Positions 1-15,798 of a stretch of DNA of 64,000 nt are shown piece after piece. Numbering within the stretch: position 1 is the stretch's first letter; every line of letters starts with the position of its first letter. The stretch lies in the NCBI RefSeq assembly GCF_009914755.1, contig NC_060929.1. One strand, written 5' to 3'. The position numbers and the translations under genes are program-made. This DNA is from the human T2T-CHM13v2.0 reference genome, Homo sapiens. The notes under the pieces are model-generated. The model searched no databases. It saw only the letters and a list, made by a program, of their open reading frames with translations, and was not told the DNA's origin.

Positions 1-435
1 AAAATTAGCCGGGTGTGGTGGCCACACTGTAATCCCAGCTACTAGGGAGGCTCAGGCAGGAGAATCGCTTGAACCTGGGAGGCAGAGGTTGCGGTGAGCC
101 AAGACTGCGCCACTGCACTGCAGCCTGGGTGACAGAGTGAGACTCCATCTCAAAAAAAAAAGAAGTCCCATTGGAGAAAGAGGCAGCATTGCTGTGCCTG
201 GCACCTGCAGGGCACTGAGGCCAGAGCGCAACTCTACTGGCCTTGCGAGACTACACCCTTCTCCCTCTTCCCCTTGCTCCTTGGGTCTGACCCTGAGGGT
301 CTAAAACATTTGCTTGCGAGTTGGAGAGGAGGTGGATGGGGAGAGAAGAAGCCAATGATACCTAGTCCTCCACTGCAGGGCTCCAAGCCTGAAGCAAACC
401 TGAGCTAGAAGTTAAGAGAATAAGATAAGAGAATA

Positions 436-791
<356 letters not shown>

Positions 792-2235
792 CTACTCTGG
801 AAACTGAGGCAGGAGGTTCGCTTGAGCCCAGGAGTTTGAGGCTGCAGTGAGGCACCCCAGCCTGGGGGACAGAGAGAGTTACTGTCTCTTAAAAAACAAA
901 ACAAAAAAAACAGTCAAGAATCAAGAACCCTCTGGCTCAGGGAAGGCACTAAGGATACTAGTTGGCTCATTGCTTCTGCAGGACATACAAGAATGATTGC
1001 TTTTTAAAAAAAATTAGACTGGGGTACCTGCCAGCCTAAATAACTGCAGTGCTTGACCAAGAGCCAAGCCTAGAAGGCCAAAGACAGAGTTCAAAGATTG
1101 CCCTTGTTTTAGACAAGATGATTTCTATTCGCCTTCAGAGAACATTTAGGTCCTACCCTGTCCAGGGATTTAGGCTTGCAGGCTTCTCAGATGCCAGTCT
1201 TTTCATGGAGCCGTGGCTCTGCATACCTTGGTTTTTCTCCCACCCCCATGGCAGGGGAGAATCCAGAAGGATCTTTCAAGCACCTTTAGGGAGGAAAACA
1301 GAGAAGGCAATAGCCACGCCGCATTCATCATCTCCTTTTCTTCTGAGTTCTCCATTTAATAGCATCAAATTGCCTTTCCCCTACTGTTCATAAACCATTT
1401 CCATGTGTATTATTATAATGATCGGCAGGATGTGGGAAGAGAGAGACATCTTCCAGTACAGCCTGGCAAGCATTCTGTGGTTGACAGAGCACCAAAGATC
1501 CTTATAGGTCCCCTTTCCACACCCTTTCTCCTCCTGTGTTCCCAGTGGTCACAGCTCCCAGTAACAGCAGTGACTCAGTGGTTCAAACATCAAAGTAAAG
1601 AGGCAATTGTCTGGAGTTGAAAGTGGATATTTAGGCAAACACTGAGAGCAGTGAGGAGTGTGTGGAACTTGGCCTGGAGAAATCCCCTGGGTGATATGCA
1701 TGGATAGAACCCAAAGTTCAGCCTGTCACTGACCTCTCTGCAACTAAGAGACTGAAGGAGAAGATGGCTGCAACACAGAGATCTCTGCTTCAGTCCTGGG
1801 GATCCCCACTGACAGTTTCGGGTTGACTCCACTAAGAGACACACTGTAGACCAGCTCTGGGCTAACATGCCTCCTCAGCCTCCAAGAGTGCAGATTCCTC
1901 CCTCACTAGCCCAGGTTGCTTGTCTCTAAGAATTCCAAAGAGGTGTGTCAGCTCTACAACAAAGCCAATAACCACTCTGTTTTGCTGAGATTCTCCTTTA
2001 CACTTACAGATGATAAGGAGCTTTTCTAGAAAAAAAGAGGTGGTGATAAAAACTTTCTTCCCTTAGAATGTGAGGTGATGCAATGACTGAATCAATTGAA
2101 CAATGCCCACATGTTTATTCTCATGGCGTTCTAGTTATCTCCCATCGTAATTCCAGTCCTAACTTCTTGCTCTAAAGCATACTGATAAAAATCACCTTTT
2201 AATACAATCATTATTGACCTCAGCCATTGTATTAA

Positions 2236-2618
<383 letters not shown>

Positions 2619-5103
2619 TGAAAATGTTAAAGTCCAATTGGATGCTTGGCAACTGGACTCAGATGGCTTATGCCTAGTGCTTCCACCATCTTTGGGGGCC
2701 TCAGAGTCTTCTACTGGGTCCTCTGCATCTGACTTCCCAAGAAAGAGCTTGTGAACTATGCTGTCAGAGGTTTTAGGGAAGCCAGGCACATCGCAGCAAC
2801 TCACATTCAGAATCAGCCCAAGCCAGACTGCTTTGAGCTCAGGAGTTGGAGACCAGCCTGGGCAACATGGCAAAACCTCATCTCTACAAAAAATACAAAA
2901 ATTAGCCAGGCATTGGTGTCTCCCAGCTACTTGGGAGACTGAAATGGGACAATCCCTTAAGCCCGGGAAATGGAGATTGCAGTGAGCCCAAATCACGCCA
3001 CTGCAACAGCCTGGGCAACAGAGTGAGACTCTGTCTCAAAAAAAACAAAACAAAACAAAAACGAAAAACAAACAAAAAAAGAATCAGCCCATGCCTCACC
3101 TCACTGCAAGGGGCTGGGAGATGTAGTTCTGCCATGTGTTGCTCAGGAAGAAGAGGAGCCCGTGGTTTTGGTGAGTGCTGTCTTGGTGGCAGCCCACCTC
3201 TCTGGGGGAAGCAGTATATACAGGGATGAGGAGGCCAGGGTCTAGAGCTGGACTGCTTGGTCTGGAATCCTGACCCAGACACTTCCTCATCATGTGGCCT
3301 ACTCCTTTGTAAACTGGGCACAATAATGTTACTTACCCGAAGTGTTGCTGTAAGGGTTAAACAAGATGACTCCTGTAAGTCCTGAACTTAGCGCAGTGGC
3401 TGCACATAGTAAACACTTGAGAAACACTAGCTATTTGCAATGAATGTGAAGCCTTTAGACCAAGCCTGGCAGCACAGAACCTCAGCTGTTATTGTTCCTC
3501 CTTTCCCTTATTTATGACTTCAAAGAAAACTTTTTTTTTTTTTTTTTCTGAGATAGGGTCTCACTCTGTTGCTTAGGCTGGAGTGCAGTGGTGCCATCAT
3601 GACCCACTGCAGCCCCTACCTCCTGGTCTCAAGTGATCCTCCCACCTCAGCCTCTTAAGTAGCTGGGACCACAGGTGTGCGCCACCATACGCAGAAGGTT
3701 TTTTGTATTTTTGTAGAGACAGGGATTCACCATGTTGCCCAGGTAGGTCTCAAAGTCCTGGGCTCAATTGATCTGTCCGCCCCAGCCTCTCAAAGTGCAG
3801 GAATTACAAGCGTGAACCACCGCACCTGGCCTAAAAACCTTGTTTTCTGATGTTCAAGGTCCTCCATCTGCTTCTTTGCTTTCCTGTTCTCTTCTTTGCT
3901 GCAAGTTTAAGTGTCTGGTTCCATTCCTGATTTTGTTTCTCTCTCCTCCATCATACAACCTCTGGCTGTCAAAGTCTTCCTGGCTTATGCCCCACCCTGT
4001 GGCCTCCAGTTCTCTCTCCTCTATCAAATACCTCCTGACAATTTCCTGTTAATGAAACCTTGTTTTTATTGCACATTTAAAGAATCTCTCTAAATGAAGT
4101 GGAGTGTTCCCCTCTGATTTTCTATTTTTTCCCTTACATTGTATCAATTTTCACAGGGAATAAAACCCAGGAAAATCAGGGCTATTAGCAGCAGCAATCC
4201 CAGTAATCAGGTTTATGGAGTCTCTGGCACACTGATGGGACAAAGTCAGAAAACAGAACCTGAGATAAGTTTCTGTAATTGTTTTATCTGTGCAATCTGG
4301 AGAATTTTGGTTGGCACATCCTCATAGAGAGCTTTATGAGAGTAGGCATTTTGTTATTCATAACTGTAGCTCCCTGGAACTGTACACATAATAGGTGTTC
4401 ACAACTGGCTTGCTTAAAAAAAAAAATCAGTGTTTACTTGAAGAAAGGAGAGTTAGCAGAAGGAGAAATGAGGACAAGGGAATAGACTCATTAAAGCCTA
4501 CTCAACTAGTTTCTTCTGATATTCTCCACCACTACTTTTTATGGTATTTTTAATTAAAGGATTAAAGTTATCATTAACAAATATTTTTCTTTGCATTAGA
4601 TAAGACAGTATAGAAAGACTCCGTCTCTATTTAAAAAAAAAAAAATTAGTGGGGCTTGGTGGCGTGTGCCTGTAGTCCCAGGGGCCGAGGTGGGAGGATC
4701 AATTGAGCGCAGGATGTCGAGGCTGTGGTGAGCTATTTTGCCACTGCACTCCAGCCTGGGTGACAGAGTGACAACTTGTCTCTAAAAAAATTAAAAAGAA
4801 AACAAAGAAAAACAAAAGAAAGTACATTAGTTCTAGATGAAATCTTGCTGTAAAAAAAAAGAAAAGAAAGGACACTAGCAATGTTGGAAGAGCTAGCATA
4901 TTTCATGAAAATGTATGCCTTCAGGATCTCAATGGTCATTCTGATTCACCAGATTATTAATTTTTCTCTTGAAAATTGTTGAGGTCAGGTGCAGTGGCTC
5001 ACGCCTGTAATCCCAGCACTTTGGGAGGCTGAGGCGGGCAGATTACCTGAAGTCAGGAGTTTGAGACCAGCCTGGCCAACGTGGTGAAACCCCATCTCTA
5101 CTA

Positions 5104-5349
<246 letters not shown>

Positions 5350-6075
5350 TTAATTGAAAAAAGGCAATTACTCATATGTTTATGTTAGTTAAATTCTGAA
5401 GTAACAAAAAATCAGAACAAAGCATTATATTGTATTCATTCTGATTTCTGATTTTAAAATAGTTTGTAAAGTTAACTTTTAAATGTTGAAAATGGCTGGG
5501 CGTGGTGGCTCACACCTGTAATCCCAGCACTTTGGGAGGCCAAGGCACGTGGATCACTTGAGCTCAGTTCGAGATCAGCCTGGACAACATGACAAAACCC
5601 TGTCTCTAGAAAAAATACAAAAGCTAGCGGGGTGTCGTGGTGCATGCCTGTAGTCCTAGTTACTCGGGAGACTGAGGTGGGAGGATCACCTGAGCCTGGG
5701 AAGCAGGGGCTACAGTGAGCCGTGACTGTTGCACTCCAACCAGGACAATGGAGTGAGACCTTGTCTCAAAAAAAAAAAAAAGAAAGAAGAAAATGAAAAA
5801 GAACAAATTAAATGTTGAAGATGAAACACAATTGAGAAACTACTTGCTGTTCTGGGCTTTGTTGAGAAGAATCAGCATCCCCCATTCTCTTCCCCACTTC
5901 CTACAGTCTCACAAGTCAGATCTTTCCTGAATAGACCTACTGATGAAGAAGTGAGGCCAAATTAACATGAAGTATCATTATGATAAAGAAATAGACAGTG
6001 ATACCAACACTTATGAGACTGGGGCAGCTTTGCCAGATATATTAAGATTTCTTTTTTGCCTAACCAAGAAGGTTA

Positions 6076-6468
<393 letters not shown>

Positions 6469-7219
6469 CTACGAAAAGACTGTTTGGCTCTAAGCTTCAG
6501 GGCAAGCAGTCAATAAATATTTGTTGAAAGAAAGAATGAATAAATGAATGAATGAATGAATGCATTATAATCAGCTATTGCTGGTCCAGAACAAGATAAG
6601 CTGAGGCCTGAGAATAGGTGCCAGAAAAGGAGATAATTTCCTCTTGACATTAGGACTGAACCCCTAAGAGGCCTTCCTGCCTATCTGAGTGATGTCTAAG
6701 GTCTTAGGCCGTATGTTTTAAACTAACCTTACTCCTTACCAACAAACAGGGATTGATTATATAAATAGCCAAGTAATTCAGACCCATATATGTCTATTTT
6801 CTGCACAAAAGATCTGTACTTCGCCTGGTTGTAGAACCCTTGTCCATCCCCTTAATTCTGGAAGAGCTGGTGGAAGGGAAGACACTGTCATGTCTACTTC
6901 CTTCCTGACTTGGACCCCATTTCTAGGTGTTGGTGTTTATTTCTTAGTTACAAAGGGGGTTGAAGGGGGCACGCATGTATTTCCTGAGTGTTCATAGGGT
7001 GCAGGGAGTGATAACAAGAGCAGGCATGAAGCCATAGTCAGTTCTGCCTGCATTAAGACCAGGCTACCTACCTTGAATAGAAAAACTGTCTAAACTGAGT
7101 GGTGAGCTGTTAATAGGCTCACAAGGTAACAGGGAGAAGCAGTGATCGTCCAAGCTCATGATGAGCTCTGAGGGGAAATCCCATTTCTGGGTGTAGCTGA
7201 ATCATGCATACATGTATTA

Positions 7220-7728
7220 CAGCAGTCCCCAACCTTCCTGGCACCAGGGACTGGTTTCGTGGAAGACAATTTTTCCACGGACGGGGTGCGGGGTGGGGGG
7301 GCGATGGTTTCAGGATGATTCAAGCACATTACATTTATTATGTACTTTATTTCTATTGTTATTACATACACTTCATAATGTAGAATCAGTGGGAGCCCTG
7401 AGCTTGTTTTCCTACGACTAGACAGTCCCATCTCAGGGTGATGGGAAACAGTGGCAGATCACTGGGCGTTAGATTCTCATAAGGAGTGCACAACCTAGAT
7501 CCTTCTCATGCACAGCTCACAATAGGGTTTGTGCTCCAGTGAGAATCTAATGCTGCCACTGATCTGACAGGAGGTGGAGCTCAGGCAGTAATGCGAGTGA
7601 TGGGGAGCAGCTGTAAATACAGATGAAACTTCGTTCACTCACCTACTGCTCATCTCCTGCTGTGTAGCCTGCTTCCTAACAGGTGATGGACTGGTACTGG
7701 TCTGTGGCCTGTGGGTTGGGGACCCCTG
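7220..7728. mobile_element. MER1A-like hAT-Charlie DNA transposon fossil
   Basis: Terminal inverted repeats cagcagtccccaacc / ggttggggacccctg; internal ttagattctcataaggagtgcacaacctagatcc; about 510 bp. Confidence 0.85.
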
Positions 7729-8942
7729 TCCTAGGAGATCTGTGAGCAATGTCTGAAGTGTTAGTCAAGGGAAATGGAGCTCATCCTTCTGAGGGTGAGG
7801 CCAGGCCTTGGCTTGCCCATTGCAGAGGACAATTCTCTGGGCTCTAAAATGTGGCTTTGCTTCCTCATAACCTGTCGTTTTTTATTATCAGTGTCTAAGT
7901 AGTCAGTAAGTGTCATTGGCTTCTCTTAAAAGCCTTTTGGAAGTACTTTTATGTCACATGAATAGAAGCAATGGAGATAATTTCCTTCCTTCACCTTCGT
8001 TCACTGTTATGTCTTTGGCCCAGGTTCACTTTCAGCACACTGGAGACATTGCTCATGGTCATCTGTTTGTAACTGGGTTCAGTTCTTGGTTTCACTGCTC
8101 ATGCGGGGTCATTTGCAGTCTCCTCCGTCCTCCTCCCACCTTCCAATCTCACAGTCTACAGAAATTTCAGTTCCCTATCTTTCATGTCAGCCAGTTAGAT
8201 TGTACCTCATCCTTTGAAGGGAACTGGGAATCTTTCTTTTGCTCTCATTTTCCCCAGTTTGTAGACCACTAGCAGTGGCAAGGTGGTTTACCATTCACCA
8301 TTAATAAACATTTTACTAGGGGTTTAATAATCAACATGTTATTTCCTGTTTTTCACACATCAATGTGAAAACTACCTTTGTCTCTCTAGTGACAATTGTG
8401 CTGGTGTGACATACTGAATGGAAACTGTTCAGCTTTCAAAAACTCATTCAGCTGTCCAAAAAAACCAGGGTTAGACTGGAATGGGGTCAGAATACAAAGG
8501 CATTTGCTTTGAAAGACTATAGTTTCTATTGGAACATACAGTTTGTTGACAGTCTTCATCCACTAGTACTTACATTTCTTTGTCAATGTCTAGGAAATAT
8601 GTGATTCTAACAGAATTCTCTGATTTCAAAATATCATTTTTCCCTTGAAGACCATCAGAGAGTCTCACTACTACATGTGAGAGGTGCCATCATGTTTCTT
8701 TATTAATTTAGTTTTTGATTTGGGCATTATATTTTATGCTAAGGTAAAATATGTTCCTTCTTAGTTACCCCATTTAAACCTAGAGTGGATTCCAAAAGGT
8801 TGTTTTCAAAAGATTACCTTTAAAATGCCAGGATGCACATGCTTAGAGACATGCATTTGTAAATTTCAAAAAAAAAAAAAAAAAAAAAAGGTAGAGGCAA
8901 AAGTAAAATTAATGCTTATGATTGTCTTTCTGGAAGGCATTA

Positions 8943-9574
<632 letters not shown>

Positions 9575-10158
9575 CATATTTCTCATCATGGTGGGGTTTT
9601 CTAAAATGAGACTGAGTGCCAAGTTGTGCTGTGGTAGAGCTGAAACGGATAATAAGCTGGAGCCACAGCAATCTATTTATATTGGTTTACTTCCAGCAAG
9701 ATGAGAACATTGGAATTCAGTGTTTACTGGAAGAAATAACACCTATGTTAAACCAGGTGATTACCAAAGGGAACTAAGAAAAATGAAAAAAAATCAGCAA
9801 CCCTAACTTCCAACAACTCTAACTGGTTTAGCACAAAGTACTGAGTTGGTGGGCACTTTCCACAAATTGCCTGTGTAGATGTACAAACCCAATAAACAAA
9901 TTCAGGAAGAAGGCTTTGCCCAGGGTATACCACACTATGAAATTTGAATGAATTTTCTGGAACAGGAAAATGATGGTTTGGGGATTATATATGTGAATTA
10001 TGGGACTAGAGAGACCTCACTTTTCTTTCTTTTTGAGACGGAGTCTCGGTCTGTCACCAGGCTGGAGTGCAGTGGCGCAATCTCCCGGGTTCAAGCGATT
10101 CTCCTGCCTCAGCCTCCCGAGCGCCACCACGCCCAGCTAACTTTTTTTTTTTTTTTGA

Positions 10159-10308
<150 letters not shown>

Positions 10309-10976
10309 TAGTAAAGACGGGGTTTCGCCGTGTTAGCCAGGATGGTCTCGATCTCTTGACCTCGTGATCCGCCCACCTCGGCCTCCTAAAGTGCTGAGAT
10401 TACAGCCGTGAGCCACCGTGCACGGTCAGAATACATTTCTTTACTTCTTTTGAAGTTAGGCATGTCCACACAGTTTGACTTGGCAAATGAAATGTGAGAG
10501 TAAATAATGAGATTCACCTCTCATTTCCTCTGGTTTGGTCACCAAAGAAGAACATATTGAAATGGAATCTACATCAGCCAACTCTGCCGGCTGGTATGAG
10601 ACATGTATTGTGAATAAGAAACAAACCGTGTCAGCCAGTGAGATTTGGAGGTTGTTTATTGTTAAAGTGGAAGCTAGCCTACCCTGACTGATGCAGGCAG
10701 TGTAGGGCTAGGTAATCTACTTGTGGATGGACATGGATTCAGAAGTAGCCTGTGACACAGCTGAACAACTTAACAGTCTGATGCCAAACAACCTAACAGG
10801 TTGATGCTTAAAGAATGACTCTTCAAAGATGAGAACAGCCCACAAACAAAACAAAACAACACAAAAGGAAAATTCTTCAGAAGCTATGTCCTGAAGCCCT
10901 TCTGTTTGTAACAGGACTTTCTTTCCCTCTAGCTACTGCCCAGCTTGGAAGGCTGATCCGTACACTTTCTCCTTTA

Positions 10977-11347
<371 letters not shown>

Positions 11348-12074
11348 TTATGATTGCTTTCTACATCCCCCTTCCTTGCCAACTCCCTCTTTGCCTCTCT
11401 ACTTCCTTCCTTCCTGAAAAAAAATGAAATGATCAAGTGCCTACTTTGTGCCAGGCATTGTATAAATTTCTAGAAGTGCAAAGCCAAAGGATTGTGATTT
11501 GGCCCCAGAGGAGTGTCTATCTAGTTAATGGTATAGTCTAACCTTTCCAAACAAATACTACTAATATAAAGTGGTGAATGTTATACAGGTACTTGAGATA
11601 TTCACAAAATAATATCTAGGCTCCCAAATAACATAGAGTGGCCATCATCTTATGTGGCTAAGCCTTGAACTTTATGCAGACCCCTAGCACAAATCAATCC
11701 AAACAACACATAATTATCTTAGTAAGATCCGCAGTTAGTTGTAGTCATTCAAAACTTTGCTAAGTCTTAAGTTTGCGAAAGTCTTGAGTAGGCAAGAGAC
11801 CATTATTTTGAAACAGAAAAATAGTTAAATATGTAGAGTATTTGAGAAATGTGTGAGAACTGCCTATTCAACTCTGTTGGGCCAGGATGTAGATCTTTCC
11901 AAATCACATGACTTCTCCCTGTTGGCACAATCAATCATATCTGAAAATGATGACATATGGAAATAATTAAATAACAAAGAAGAGAGATAAACATTGTCAA
12001 GTGACTTGGGCTGTAGCCAGGAACTGACAATGTTAAAAAATATTTTGCAGAAGATTGTACATTTAAAAGCCGTA

Positions 12075-12580
12075 AACTGTGACTGATCATAGGAATTTAT
12101 TTTTAAATAGGTTTCATTAGTTCAAGTTAGAATGACAATAAATGTGAAGACATGTTTGTCTGGGATGTGGTTTTTTTTTTGTTTTGTTTTTTGCTTTTAT
12201 TCAGCAAAGCGTACTTTTTTTCCCAAAACATAAAATCATTCAGCAAAAAAACAACCAAAGAACAATAACAAAAAAACAGTGCACATGCCACAAAGCAAAC
12301 CAAACATAGCTCAGTTTTCCTACTGATAACATATTTTGTCTTTTAATTTTGGCATGTGGAAGTCACAGAAATTCACAGACTTAATATGCACACCCAAATA
12401 TTCTAAGTGCTTATTTAGGGAGTATCTTTATTTGGAATAAAGAATTTCGAGTTATAAAACTGATGGCTTATAGAATGCAGCTTACTAAATTGGTCTTCGT
12501 TCTTACAAACTGGAGTAATCTTGTCCTTTGAGAGTTGAAAATACATATTCATCTACATTTCTGCAGCGAGTGGCCCACAG
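12075..12580 (-). other. ANKRD55: ANKRD55 3' UTR (about 0.5 kb), U-rich
   Basis: Follows the stop codon; distal end inferred from AATAAA at 12101-12096; exact cleavage site not visible. Confidence 0.7.
12096..12101 (-). terminator. Probable distal polyadenylation signal AATAAA of ANKRD55
   Basis: tttatt on plus strand; two more proximal AATAAA at 12201-12196 and 12432-12427. Confidence 0.65.
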
Positions 12581-12781
<201 letters not shown>

Positions 12782-14420
12782 TTAGGAGTCGAGGCATTTC
12801 TAAGAAGTGTGTCTTGGTGAGAGCTAGACTGCAGAGAGAAGCTGTGTATGTATATCTTGTATATATATCTGTTCAGGCTTGCTGCATGAAGTCTGGGATT
12901 TCAAATATGCACACATAGAAGACTGTACCAAGTGTGATCAAACATGATTGGGCTGTGTGTGCCTGGCAGAGCTCTTCCTTGGAGTGGAGTAGCTGTTGAT
13001 GTTCAAAAACTGCTCACAAGGTTCTAAAGAAGGCCCAAGACATTTGTACTGTGCTTTTATGCAAACCTCAAAAGGCTCTCAGGCTTCTTTTAAGAAAAGC
13101 ACTGTGGGCCCTTTCATTTCTTTTTTGTAGAGCTAAGTTGATCAAAGATCTTTATCTTTCCTTCTCTCCTGAAACTTAACTGTGAAAAGCAAAGCTCTTG
13201 GGCCCTGCCAAAGAAAACCTCTCTTCGGCTTCTCCAAGCTCCAACAGCATTCAAGACTGAGTGGCTCTTTCCTTAACTAGATGTTTTTGTGGCTACAGTT
13301 CTGCTTAAAGACAGGTTCGGGCTTGAATTTCATTCAATGATAGAATTGACACCATCCAAAACGTTCACTTTACACACATCTGTAAAGGGCAGAGGAACTG
13401 ATCTGTCAAGGAAGAGGTCTTGGTTTCTGCTACTAACTCTCTGTGTGACCTTGGACATATCCCTCTACCTCTTAGTTTCCTTATCTGCCAAAAGACAGAG
13501 TTGTACTAAGACCCTATTTTTCATTGTTTTTACCTAAAGAGTTCTAGAGCTCTTGGTTTGTCTCCTTCAAACCCTAGCCTAGGGGAGAAAGACATACTGG
13601 ATATATACTCTATGCAAACAGTGTGCCAAGTGTTTTACATATGTTATCTCATTTAGTACTCCGATAAATCTTATTAGAATAGCACTATTGTTATGGACGG
13701 TGAGGAAACTAAAGTACAGAAAGGTTGAGAAACTTATCTGAAATAGGACAGCTCCTAAATCGTCTAACCTGCACTTAGGAGGATGTGGAGGGGCTGTGTG
13801 TGTGTGTGTTTGTCTGTGATAAATGCAGTGGGGTGCAATTGGAAGAAAAAAAGAAAATAGAATCCAGTAAGTATTGCTTATTTCATGAGGCAGTAGACTC
13901 AGTGTCCTGTAGTTTTGTTCCTGGCTCTACAATGGGAATAATAATAAAACTTGCTTTATTATTATTATGCTTCAGAGTATAGATATGAGAATATTCAAAC
14001 TCAGAATCTCTGGGTGGGGGACCCAGGAATCTACTTCACAACAAACACCCCAGGTAATACTTAGGCACACTAAAGTTTGAAGATCACTGGCCCAATGGAG
14101 TATATTAATATTTTATATTAGGAGAATTTTTTTCATATAAAATAAATCAATAATACCAAAAGTAATCCTGATGAACTGCATTTTTTTTTCTGCTTAGGAA
14201 TGCATGGACTGTGAGTACAGAGGCGATGTACATTTCTATCTGTCCAGTATAGTAAGGAAACTGATATCAGGAGGCCAGTCTTAAAAGAGAATTTTTAAAG
14301 CACCTTCCTAAAGACATTAAATAATACATGTAAAAATAAACTTGTTATTGTTTCAATAGTTCAAACACAAAAATTCCTAAAGGGAGGGAGTGTTATTTTT
14401 TTAAAAAAAATAAGCATTTA

Positions 14421-14756
<336 letters not shown>

Positions 14757-14832
14757 CTAGCCGGGGCGACAGCGCAAGACTCCATCTCAAAAAAAAAAAA
14801 AGAAAAATGAAAGTAAACGGAAATAACATTTA

Positions 14833-15009
<177 letters not shown>

Positions 15010-15600
15010 TTACTTGAGACTCAACCAAGTGCAAATTACAGAATGCAATGGATAAGAGAATCATCAAAGTTGTTACAGATCACTAAATTTAAGGTGGTAA
15101 CAATAACAATGAAAACAATGATAGCTACACTTTATTGCATTTCTGTTATATACCAGTCACTGTTTAAATGATAGAAAAAGGTACTAGAAATCATTTCTTG
15201 AGAGTACTAGTTTAAATAAAATTTTATAAAGAAACACACTGGGTTACTCACCCCATAAAAGTTAAAGTTGAAAAAAAAGGAAATAATATAGATATGGCAT
15301 CTCTTATATATTCATCAAATCTTTGATGAAATGAGTGGGTGATGAGTAGAGTATTTTCTTCTAAAGCAGAGTTTCTCAGTCCTGGCTGCACATAGGAATT
15401 ATCTAAGAAGCTAGAAAACATACTGCTTTCCTGGCCACATCCCAGGTTATTAGATCAGAATCTCTGGAGGTGGGGCATGGTGTCAGCTGTTTATCAGCTC
15501 CCAGCTGATTCAAGTGCAGCCAGGATGGAGAATCATTGACCTGGAAGACGGAATGGGGTAGATGCACTCAGGAAACCTATTCTTTAACTTGGACAGAAAG

Positions 15601-15798
15601 CAGTGGTGTGTGCATGGACCATGTGAGCCAGCTCTTGAGAGCTGATGGTTACATTTTCAGAAATTTTGTGAACTGTTTGACATCACACTAGTGTCTTGAA
15701 ATCAGCCATGGTGGGTGTATTTACACCGTGAAAAATCAGCAAGCACAGATTTTTCTCCTGGAAAGCTAGCTGTTAAACATTCATCAATGTACTACTGA
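15601..15798. mobile_element. MER63-like hAT DNA transposon fossil
   Basis: cagtggtgtg ... tactactg ends; internal cttgaaatcagccatggtggg..tatttacacc. Confidence 0.65.
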
